Shown piece by piece: positions 1 to 8,637 of a DNA stretch of 64,000 bases. The position numbers and the translations under genes were made by a program. The notes under the pieces are model-generated. The model did no database searches. It saw only the letters and a list, made by a program, of their open reading frames with translations, and had not been told where the DNA came from. The stretch is from an uncultured Flavobacteriaceae bacterium (lineage in GTDB: Bacteria; Bacteroidota; Bacteroidia; Flavobacteriales; Flavobacteriaceae): NCBI GenBank assembly GCA_965601625.1, contig CBFCWO010000006.1, positions 2,101-66,100 on the forward strand, read 5' to 3'. The first letter of the stretch is position 1. Each line of letters begins with the position of its first letter.

Positions 1-7
1 TTGTGAA

Positions 8-1198
8 TTATTTCGTGTCCCGGGAAGGGCTCAGCATCCTTTTCAGGCGAAACCATTGCGTCCTGCCCTGGCGATAGGCCATAGAGGCCAGGTATATGCC
101 CCGGGTTGCCAGAAGGTCACCTGATTGCCCCAGGAAGGCTTTGATCTGAAGCTCCCTTCGGTCATAATATAGTGCTGCCCACGTACAGCAAAACATAAAC
201 ACCAGGGCAGCGGGAATCACCAGGGCAGGGGAGAGGCTGTGGTGGAAAAAGCTGTATAGGCCAATCCCCGTGAAGCTGCCATAGAGCACAATAAAGTGGA
301 TCATGTAAATGCTAAGGGTGTTCTGCCCGATCTTCAGGAACATTTTCTGTTCCATCAGCCCCCTAAGGATCATGAATACGGCAAATACCAGGAAGACATC
401 TCCCAAGCGGATAAACAGGTAGTTGTTGGCCACGATCTGCTCAAAAAGGGATATGCCGGTCAGCTCTCCCATCCAGTGGAAAAAAGGTGAAGAGAACCAG
501 ATTAAAAACAATCCGGACAACAGGGAGAGTGTGATGCTCTTTGCATAGAGGTAGGGATCCTTGCGGAAGGTGTGGAACCCGATGGAGAGGAACCCTCCGA
601 TCAGCGTATAGCCCACCCAGGGGATAATGGTGAAAACCGAACCGTTGGCCCGGGTAAAGTAATTGGCCAGGCCTGTCGGCAACCAGCTGTAATCCCAGGA
701 ATTGTACACCGGCTCAAAGAGAAACAGCAACAGTCCGGAAAGCATCAATATCGCTGCCATATGGCCTGCACCTCTTTTTTGGGTCAACAGATACACTCCT
801 ATAATAGTCAAGAGGGAAATCCCGATACAGTGCAGCACATCTACCAGGAAGAATGATGGGTAAAGTACCCCAGTGAGCAGTCCAAAAAGGTTGGTGCGCA
901 ACAGATAACCGATCAGCACCAGTTGCAGGCCGCGTTTAAGCCCCTTGCGAATTCTTGGATTTCCAGTACCGCTCCTCGGTGCCCTCAACAGGAGGTAGGT
1001 AAAGATAAATCCCGACACTGTAAAAAATACGGGGGCGGTGATGCCGCGGAAGTATTTCCAGGTCGCAAAGGCCATGTTCCCGGGATCGCGAAATACAGGA
1101 TCCAGCAGGCCATCAATAAAATGACCCTGCAGCATCATAAGGATGGCCCATGCCCTCATGGCATCTATAAAGTAAAGGCGTTTGCTTGGATCTACCAT
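8..1198 (-). CDS. Membrane acyltransferase, heparan-alpha-glucosaminide N-acetyltransferase-like (DUF1624 / acyltransferase-3 clan)
   Basis: 396 aa multi-TM ORF. The N-terminal 'RLYFIDAMRAWAILMMLQGH' and 'APVFFTVSG' match the family's N-terminal signature. Confidence 0.75.
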   Translation of the reverse strand: MVDPSKRLYFIDAMRAWAILMMLQGHFIDGLLDPVFRDPGNMAFATWKYFRGITAPVFFTVSGFIFTYLLLRAPRSGTGNPRIRKGLKRGLQLVLIGYLLRTNLFGLLTGVLYPSFFLVDVLHCIGISLLTIIGVYLLTQKRGAGHMAAILMLSGLLLFLFEPVYNSWDYSWLPTGLANYFTRANGSVFTIIPWVGYTLIGGFLSIGFHTFRKDPYLYAKSITLSLLSGLFLIWFSSPFFHWMGELTGISLFEQIVANNYLFIRLGDVFLVFAVFMILRGLMEQKMFLKIGQNTLSIYMIHFIVLYGSFTGIGLYSFFHHSLSPALVIPAALVFMFCCTWAALYYDRRELQIKAFLGQSGDLLATRGIYLASMAYRQGRTQWFRLKRMLSPSRDTK

Positions 1199-1315
1199 AA
1201 CAACTGTTATCCTATATACTTATAAAACAGGGTCTTTGGATCATAAGCGCCGCAAAATTAGACAAAAACCGGGCATTTGCCCTGATTTCCGTTATTTTCG
1301 TGTAAAACAACACGC

Positions 1316-1849
1316 ATGTCAGGACTTTTGGCAACTGCAGGTAGCAATTCTTCCACCTCCATAAATTTTCAGCTCGTAAAATATACAGCCGGGTTGGTGT
1401 CAGACCATCAAACGACGCTCCTTGAACTGGCCTCCTATGAAATACCGATGTACAAGGCAGATCTTGAAAAGGCGTCCGGAATCCCCGAGGTGATTAAAGC
1501 CCTACAGCAGCGGTTTCAGCAATGTTCCGGCATGATCCTGTCGGTGAACGAACACAATGGGAATCCCTCCGCTTTTTTTAAGAATATCCTGGATTGGCTT
1601 TCGAGATCGGACCGGAATTTTTTGTCGGAAACCCCTGTTTTCCTGATGTCAACCTCGGGGGGCAGAAGGGCCGGGCAATCATCCAGATCCGTTGTAGAGC
1701 AGATGCTTCCCAGGTTTGGGGGGCAGGTGATCTCCACGTTTTCCCTTCCGCAATACTATGAGAATTTTGACCCGGAATCCGGGATTACAGATCCCCAGCT
1801 TGCATCCCTGCACCGCGCACAATTGAATGAATTCCTCAAGTCACTCTAA
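1316..1849 (+). CDS. NAD(P)H-dependent FMN reductase (flavodoxin-like fold)
   Basis: 177 aa with the motifs 'AGSNSSTSIN', 'EHNG...AFFKNILDWLSR' and 'LMSTSGGRRAG'. Confidence 0.85.
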   Translation: MSGLLATAGSNSSTSINFQLVKYTAGLVSDHQTTLLELASYEIPMYKADLEKASGIPEVIKALQQRFQQCSGMILSVNEHNGNPSAFFKNILDWLSRSDRNFLSETPVFLMSTSGGRRAGQSSRSVVEQMLPRFGGQVISTFSLPQYYENFDPESGITDPQLASLHRAQLNEFLKSL

Positions 1850-1881
1850 CGTTCTGCGAAACAGATACAATCCTTTGGAAG

Positions 1882-2748
1882 ATGGGCGAAATAAAGCGTG
1901 AGACATTTGCCGGGGTCTGGGAGGAGATCCCGGTCCACGGGTTCTGGCGGATCCCCAACGCCCCATTGGGCATGGTAGTTCTGGTGCACGGCTTTGGAGA
2001 GCATTCCGAACGATATTTGAAAGAGGTCGTCCCATTTTTCAATGCACACCGCCTGGGTGTTTTCGGTTTTGATCTGGTCGGGCATGGACAGAGCGGAGGA
2101 AAAAGAGGGGATTGCGAGGGGTATCAGCAGTTGCTTCGTTTTGTGGATCGCGGCTATCGCCTTGCCAGGGAGCGGTTTCCAAAACTGCCACTGTTGCTAT
2201 TTGGCCATAGCATGGGTGGCAACCTGATATTGAATTACACTATGAGGGGCATGGGTCATCCCGATGGCATGGTGGCCAGCAGCCCTTATTTAAGGCTTGC
2301 CTTCCGCCCTCCTGCGTGGAAGTGGCAGTTGGGAAAGCTCCTGGGACGCGTGGCGCCTTCGCTCACCGTACCTTCTGGACTCGATCCCAGGGGTATTTCC
2401 AGGGATCCCGCGGAAGTAAGGGCTTACCGGGAAGACCCGCTTGTACATGATCGGGTGAGCCCGAGGTATTCCTTTCCTGTCATGGATGCCGGGGAGTGGG
2501 CGTTGGAACATGCCGGGGACTTACGGGTGAAAACCCTTATCCTGCATGGCACGGATGACCCCATTATCGATGCCGATGGCAGCAGGGAATTGCACAGGGA
2601 CGCTCCCGAAACGCAACTGGCACTGCTGCAGGGAGGATATCATGAACTGCACAACGACCTGGATCGCAATGCCTTCTATTCGACCATCTCGGACTGGCTG
2701 ACCCAGTCCTTCAACCTTAGGCCATCCGGGTCCGGGAAGGAGGATTGA
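1882..2748 (+). CDS. Lysophospholipase / monoacylglycerol lipase-like alpha/beta hydrolase
   Basis: 'VHGFGEHS', 'DLVGHGQS', nucleophile elbow 'GHSMGG', 'HGTDD' and 'YHELHN' (catalytic triad present). Confidence 0.88.
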   Translation: MGEIKRETFAGVWEEIPVHGFWRIPNAPLGMVVLVHGFGEHSERYLKEVVPFFNAHRLGVFGFDLVGHGQSGGKRGDCEGYQQLLRFVDRGYRLARERFPKLPLLLFGHSMGGNLILNYTMRGMGHPDGMVASSPYLRLAFRPPAWKWQLGKLLGRVAPSLTVPSGLDPRGISRDPAEVRAYREDPLVHDRVSPRYSFPVMDAGEWALEHAGDLRVKTLILHGTDDPIIDADGSRELHRDAPETQLALLQGGYHELHNDLDRNAFYSTISDWLTQSFNLRPSGSGKED

Positions 2749-2784
2749 CTTTCGGCAACCCCTATTTGTACCTACCTTTGTCCT

Positions 2785-4104
2785 ATGCTAGAGGTATTCA
2801 GGAATCACATCGAGACCCATTTTTCCGAAATGCTTACGGAGCCCTTCCTGCTGGCTTGCAGTGGGGGAATCGACAGCATGGTGCTTTGGGATCTTTGTGC
2901 GCAGCTAAACCTGGATTTCGAGGTGGCCCATTGCAACTTCCAATTGCGCGGGTCGGAAAGCGAAGAAGATGCCCGCTTTGTAAAAGAATACGCGATCCTA
3001 AACAGGAAAGAAATACATGTAAAAAGTTTTAAAACAGAGCATTATATTTCTCAGAATAAAGTTTCAGTTCAAGAGGCGGCACGAAGTCTAAGATACCAAT
3101 GGTTCGATGCCCTGCTGGGCACGCGGGGCCTCCGGTTTGTGGTCACCGCCCACCACCTGGACGACCAACTGGAAACGTTTCTGATCAACCTCAGCAGGGG
3201 AACCGGCCTGGAGGGCCTGGGTGGAATTCCCGACCGTACACCAGGCATTCGCAGGCCGCTCCTCGTTTTTACCAGAGCGGAAATCGATTCCCATGCAGCA
3301 TCCAGGGGATTGGCCTGGCGGGAAGATTCCTCCAATCGGGAAGATAAATACCTCAGAAACCGGCTTCGCCGAACGGCAATACCTGCTTTGAAACAGGTGG
3401 ATGAAAGATTTGAATTGAACTTCCGGAAATCCCTGGAATACCTCCGCGGGAGCAGGGCCCTGGTGCAAAATCATATCGCAAGGGTCAAAGCGGACCTGTT
3501 CAGCAGGACAGGGGAGACCATAGAAATCCCTGTGGTAAAGCTTCTGCAGCTTAGTCCCTTGCATGCCTATCTGCATGAGCTCTTCAGGGAATACGGATTT
3601 ACCGATTGGGAGGCCCTACAACGTCTGTTGACCGGTCACAGCGGCAAGGAGATCCATTCTACTTCCCACCGGCTACTGCGGGATCGTGAACTCCTGTTGC
3701 TAAAACCCAAGGAGGAGCCGGACCCTGGAACCTATATATTGGATCTGGAATCCACGGATCCGCAATCCCCTTCAGGGTTGGTTATCTCTAGTGTACCCGA
3801 GATTGCGGGATTCGCTTCTGACGTACTATATGTGGACAAAGAAACGTTAAATGAAGGGTTGCAATTACGCAAATGGCGTAAAGGGGATTATTTTTACCCC
3901 CTCGGAATGCAGGGGAGGCAAAAAGTCTCCAAGTATTTCAAGGACCATAAGTTCAGTCGTTTTGATAAGGAATCGCAATGGTTGTTATGCAGCGGGGAGG
4001 CCATAGTCTGGATTGTAGGCCACCGGGCCGATAATCGATTCAAGGTGAGGGAAGGAACAAAACATATTTTAAGGATCGAATGGAAAGACTCCGTTTCAAC
4101 ATAA
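2785..4104 (+). CDS. tilS: tRNA(Ile)-lysidine synthetase
   Basis: PP-loop 'CSGGIDS', 'ARSLRY', 'AHHLDDQLETF', 'EDSSN...YLRNRLR' and a C-terminal TilS_C-like region. Confidence 0.96.
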   Translation: MLEVFRNHIETHFSEMLTEPFLLACSGGIDSMVLWDLCAQLNLDFEVAHCNFQLRGSESEEDARFVKEYAILNRKEIHVKSFKTEHYISQNKVSVQEAARSLRYQWFDALLGTRGLRFVVTAHHLDDQLETFLINLSRGTGLEGLGGIPDRTPGIRRPLLVFTRAEIDSHAASRGLAWREDSSNREDKYLRNRLRRTAIPALKQVDERFELNFRKSLEYLRGSRALVQNHIARVKADLFSRTGETIEIPVVKLLQLSPLHAYLHELFREYGFTDWEALQRLLTGHSGKEIHSTSHRLLRDRELLLLKPKEEPDPGTYILDLESTDPQSPSGLVISSVPEIAGFASDVLYVDKETLNEGLQLRKWRKGDYFYPLGMQGRQKVSKYFKDHKFSRFDKESQWLLCSGEAIVWIVGHRADNRFKVREGTKHILRIEWKDSVST

Positions 4105-6101
4105 TTGGCATCCTGCTCCTTTGGGCAGGGCTTCTGCAGCCAGTCCTGGCTCAGGGCGACAGGCATCCTGTGCAATGGAGCCAGAAGCTGGAACAACTTA
4201 CGGACACCACCTATGCCCTCGTCTTCCAGGCAGAGATCGAGGACCAGTGGCACTTGTATTCCCAACATACCCCTGACGGAGGTGCACTGCCTACCGAATT
4301 TATGTTCTCAGGCGCTGGAGCGGGTTATGAATTGCTGGGGCCTGTGGGTGAAAGCGAAACCCATACGGCCTACAGCGATATCTTTGAGGTCGATGAGACC
4401 TTCTTTACCGGCACGGCCACCTTTACCCAGGAGATCCTGATCACGGATAAGCAGTTGGCGGGAATTCAGGTGGATGTTTTCTATCAGGTGTGTAAGGAAG
4501 TTTGCATCGGGGCCGAGGAGACCTTCCTTTTTTCCCTGGGCGACCAACCCTTTGTACCACAGGTCGAAACACTGGACGCAGCTTCCCGCGAACGGGGTGC
4601 TGCCCTGGAGCTGGACCTGAAAAACCGGGAGATGCTCAGCCAGGATGCCGCTGGCGTACCGGTTCAAAAGAAGGGGTTGTGGGTGATCTTTGGACTGGGA
4701 TTCCTCGGAGGCCTTATCGCCCTGCTTACCCCTTGTGTTTTTCCGATGATCCCCCTCACAGTTTCTTTTTTTACCAAGCAGGGAAGCAGCAAGTCCAGAG
4801 GGATCGCCAGTGCAGCCTTCTATGGATTTTGTATAGTGCTTATTTACTTCCTGCTCAGCCTGCCCTTTCACCTTTTTGACTCAGTGGATTCTCAGATCCT
4901 CAACACCATTGCGACCAATATCTGGCTGAATCTTTTTTTCTTTCTCATCTTCCTGGTATTTGCGTTTTCGTTCTTTGGATACTTTGAATTAACCCTGCCG
5001 TCTTCCTGGGCTTCCCGGGCGGACAGTGCCTCAACCCGGATCGGTGGTGGGATCGGCATCTTTTTTATGGCCCTGACCCTGGCCATCGTTTCTTTCTCCT
5101 GTACGGGCCCCATCCTCGGGGGCTTGCTTGGGAGCACCGCTCTGGCTGAAGGGAATGTGGCCTATAACCTTACGGCCGGGATGCTCGGGTTCGGTTTGGC
5201 ACTGGCCCTTCCCTTTGCACTGTTTGCCATGTTCCCGTCCTGGTTGCAGCGCCTACCAAGCTCCGGAGGCTGGATGGAAACGGTAAAAGTTGTCCTGGGT
5301 TTCCTGGAACTGGGGCTGGCCTTAAAATTCCTGTCCAATGCGGATCTCGTAGGGAACTGGGGCTTGCTCAAACGAGAAATATTCCTCGGACTATGGGTGT
5401 TGTTGGCGTTAATGCTCGCAGCCTACCTTTTGGGATGGTTTCGGTTTAAACCGGCTCAGGTCAAAACGAAACGCAACCCATGGAGAGTTGGCGGGGCATT
5501 GATTTCATTGGCTTTTGCGGCGTATCTTTCTTTAGGGATCTTTACCCCCAGGCCACTAAAGCTCCTCAGTGGATTCCCCCCTCCGGACTTCTATACGCTC
5601 AAGGAGGTCGCATCTGACTGCCCCCTGGGCCTGGATTGCTACAAGGACTTTGAAGAGGGTGTTGCGGTAGCCAAAGCCAGCGGGAAACCGATCCTCCTGG
5701 ATTTTACGGGTTGGGCTTGTGTAAACTGCAGAAAAATGGAGGAACAGGTTTGGAGCGATCCCGATATATTCGAATTGTTGCGGGACGATTTCGTGCTGAT
5801 TTCCCTATATGTGGACGACCGTACACCCCTGCCGGAAGATGACTGGTTCACTTTTGAATTCCAAAACGGAAGGCGGAAGGAAATCCAGTCTGTAGGTGAT
5901 TACTGGAGCACTTTCCAGAACCTGAATTTTGGGGCGGTTTCCCAGCCGTATTACGTTCTTTTGTCCGCAGACCTGGAAATCCTGGCGCCCCCAGTGCAAA
6001 ATACAGATGCGGAAACCTACGCGATTTGGTTGCAGACCGGGTTGGACCAGGTGCGGGATAGGGGTTTCAAGACTGCAGACGTCCAGCCTTTCGGCGATTA
6101 G
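4080..6101 (+). CDS. dsbD: Thiol:disulfide interchange protein DsbD (DsbD_N + CcdA-type TM + thioredoxin)
   Basis: Signal peptide, N-domain 'CKEVC', TM 'LTPCVFPMIP' and 'FSCTGP', and thioredoxin 'DFTGWACVNC'. Confidence 0.92.
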   Translation: MERLRFNIIGILLLWAGLLQPVLAQGDRHPVQWSQKLEQLTDTTYALVFQAEIEDQWHLYSQHTPDGGALPTEFMFSGAGAGYELLGPVGESETHTAYSDIFEVDETFFTGTATFTQEILITDKQLAGIQVDVFYQVCKEVCIGAEETFLFSLGDQPFVPQVETLDAASRERGAALELDLKNREMLSQDAAGVPVQKKGLWVIFGLGFLGGLIALLTPCVFPMIPLTVSFFTKQGSSKSRGIASAAFYGFCIVLIYFLLSLPFHLFDSVDSQILNTIATNIWLNLFFFLIFLVFAFSFFGYFELTLPSSWASRADSASTRIGGGIGIFFMALTLAIVSFSCTGPILGGLLGSTALAEGNVAYNLTAGMLGFGLALALPFALFAMFPSWLQRLPSSGGWMETVKVVLGFLELGLALKFLSNADLVGNWGLLKREIFLGLWVLLALMLAAYLLGWFRFKPAQVKTKRNPWRVGGALISLAFAAYLSLGIFTPRPLKLLSGFPPPDFYTLKEVASDCPLGLDCYKDFEEGVAVAKASGKPILLDFTGWACVNCRKMEEQVWSDPDIFELLRDDFVLISLYVDDRTPLPEDDWFTFEFQNGRRKEIQSVGDYWSTFQNLNFGAVSQPYYVLLSADLEILAPPVQNTDAETYAIWLQTGLDQVRDRGFKTADVQPFGD

Positions 6102-6194
6102 ACCACAAATCCGCTGCCTGACATCTTCTGACAGTTTCTTTTTTTGGTGAAACGGACTATATTTAGCTCCGCACAACCAAAAAATATCTCTTCT

Positions 6195-8585
6195 TTGAAG
6201 CTTCTGAAACGAATCCTGGTATTCCTCGCCGTTATCCTGGCTGTATTTTTACTGACCGGTTTTTTATTTGTTCAACACCTCAGGCCTGACTACGAGGGTG
6301 AAATGGAAGTACCGGGATTAGAACAGCCTGTATCTGTCCATTTTGACACCTACGGGATCCCCCATATCTATGCCGACACGGAAGCCGATGCCTTCCGGGC
6401 TCTGGGCTATGTGCACGCCCAGGACCGGCTGTGGCAAATGGAGCTGCTCAGGCGGGTAGCCCCGGGGCGGTTATCTGAAGCCTTCGGTGAGGATGCCCTT
6501 GAAAATGATCGTTTTTTCCTGAATCTGGGGATCGATGAATCCTCCCGGGAAACTCTTAAGGGGATTGACCCCGAAGCGCCGGCCTTCAAGCTCGCCCAGG
6601 CCTACCTGGACGGGATCAACCATTTTGTAAGTGAAGGCCCCACACCCATTGAATATTACCTGACCGGCCTGGAGAAGGAAGCCTTTTCCCTGGAAGACGT
6701 TTACAATTCCATTGGATATATGGCCTTCAGCTTTGCCATGGCACATAAAACCGATCCTTTTCTTATGGAGGTCAAAGACCGGTTGGGCATGGAGTATGTG
6801 GCGGAACTCCTGGAAACCTCCCCCTCGAATAATACGGTAATCCGTAATTATGACGACCGTTTTCCCACGGACTCCTCCCACGCCATATCCGCCGCTATTG
6901 GCCGCTTGCTGGAGAAAACCCCTTTACCCGCCCTGGAGGGAAGTAATTCCTGGGTGTTGGGACCAGCCAAGACCCGAAGCGGAAAGGTCCTCTTTGCTAA
7001 CGATCCGCATATCGGGTTTGCCCAGCCCTCGGTTTGGTATGAGGCCCATATCGTTACTCCGGAATATGAAAAGTACGGGTATTACCTGGCTGGCATCCCG
7101 TATCCCCTGCTCGGTCATGACCGCAACCTGGCCTATGGGATGACGATGTTCGAAAACGATGATATCGATTTCTATTCCGAGACCCTCCACCCTGAAGACA
7201 GTTTGCAATACAAAAGACCAGAGGGTTGGAAGTCCTTTGATCGGGCGGAGAAGAACATATCCGTAAAAGATGCGGAACCGGTTGCCTTCAGCTACCGAAA
7301 AACGGACAGGGGTCCTGTGGTGAACGATGTGATCGAGTCCCTCAAAGGGACGGCTCCGGTAAGCATATCATGGGTGTATACCCAGGGGCCCAACAGGGTG
7401 ATGGAGGCCTTGTATGGGATCAGCCATGCACGGGATCTGGCGAATTTCGAAAAAGCTGTGAGGGACGTGCACGCCCCCGGGCTAAATGTGATGTACGGGG
7501 ATGCAGAGGGCAATGTGGCCTGGTGGGGAGCCGCAAGACTCCACAGGCTGCCCGACAGTCTTTCCACAAAGCTATTCCTGGAAGGAGCGGAAACGGCCAT
7601 GACGGAGCCTTCTCCCTTCCGGGAGAATCCGATGTCCGTGAATCCCCCGTGGGGCTATGTGTACTCCGCCAACAATCAGCCAGACAGCACGGCCTCAGGG
7701 ATCGTGCCCGGGTATTACCTGCCTGAGAACCGGGCGCGGCGCATTGTGGACATCCTTGAGCCGCGAAACGATTGGGACCGCGATGGGATGATGGAAATGA
7801 TCACCGATGTCACCTCACCGGTGAATCCGGAAATTGTCGAGAATTTGGCAGCGGACCTGGAAACAGATGAATTGACCGAATCGGAACGCCCTTACCTGGA
7901 TGCGCTGCTTAATTGGGACGGAACGGCCAACCTGGAGAGCAAGGAAGCGGTGATTTTTCACCGTTGGATCTACGAATGGCTCAGGCACACCTACAGGGAT
8001 GAACTCGGCCCGGAAGGATTTCAATCCCTCTTGCGCACCCACCTGGTCAAAAGAACGATTGCCCCGATGAGCTCGCGCATGAGTTCTATTTGGTGGGACG
8101 ATATCAACACCCCGGACGTAAAGGAGTCTAAAAGCAATATCAGCATGAAAGCCTTCCGGGCGGCGGTTACCTCTGTTGAACGGGACTTTGGAGGGCTCGG
8201 GGGTTCCTGGGGCTGGAAAGATGCACATACGGTTGAACACGCCCACCCCTTTGGAAGGGTGGAATCCCTCCGGGCCTACTTTAATGTGGGTCCCTATCCC
8301 GTTAATGGTACCAGGGAGGTCATCAACAACCTCATGTTCAACTACGACTCTACCGGGTACTACCGGGTTACTGCAGGCCCGTCCACACGTCGGGTGATCG
8401 ATTTCTCAGACCTGAATGAAAGCCGGAGCATCCTGCCCACCGGGCAGTCGGGCAATCCGTTCAGCCCGCATTACAAAGATCAGGCAGAGCTCTATGTACA
8501 GGGAAAGTTCCGGAAGATGCTGATCGACGAGGCCTCCATCCGGGAAAGTTCCGAATCATTGCTTATCTTAAAGCCCGGGAAGTGA
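6195..8585 (+). CDS. Penicillin acylase family (S45) Ntn-hydrolase, N-terminally membrane-anchored
   Basis: 'GIPHIYA', 'GYVHAQDRLWQMELLRR', beta-chain start 'GSNSWVLG' (Ser nucleophile) and 'ANDPH'. The start is placed at TTG 6195 (MKLLKRILVFL); the ORF is open from 6144. Confidence 0.9.
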   Translation: MKLLKRILVFLAVILAVFLLTGFLFVQHLRPDYEGEMEVPGLEQPVSVHFDTYGIPHIYADTEADAFRALGYVHAQDRLWQMELLRRVAPGRLSEAFGEDALENDRFFLNLGIDESSRETLKGIDPEAPAFKLAQAYLDGINHFVSEGPTPIEYYLTGLEKEAFSLEDVYNSIGYMAFSFAMAHKTDPFLMEVKDRLGMEYVAELLETSPSNNTVIRNYDDRFPTDSSHAISAAIGRLLEKTPLPALEGSNSWVLGPAKTRSGKVLFANDPHIGFAQPSVWYEAHIVTPEYEKYGYYLAGIPYPLLGHDRNLAYGMTMFENDDIDFYSETLHPEDSLQYKRPEGWKSFDRAEKNISVKDAEPVAFSYRKTDRGPVVNDVIESLKGTAPVSISWVYTQGPNRVMEALYGISHARDLANFEKAVRDVHAPGLNVMYGDAEGNVAWWGAARLHRLPDSLSTKLFLEGAETAMTEPSPFRENPMSVNPPWGYVYSANNQPDSTASGIVPGYYLPENRARRIVDILEPRNDWDRDGMMEMITDVTSPVNPEIVENLAADLETDELTESERPYLDALLNWDGTANLESKEAVIFHRWIYEWLRHTYRDELGPEGFQSLLRTHLVKRTIAPMSSRMSSIWWDDINTPDVKESKSNISMKAFRAAVTSVERDFGGLGGSWGWKDAHTVEHAHPFGRVESLRAYFNVGPYPVNGTREVINNLMFNYDSTGYYRVTAGPSTRRVIDFSDLNESRSILPTGQSGNPFSPHYKDQAELYVQGKFRKMLIDEASIRESSESLLILKPGK

Positions 8586-8637
8586 ATTTACCCTGATCCT
8601 TCCAACCCCTTTTTGACCCAAAACACTGATAATTTAC

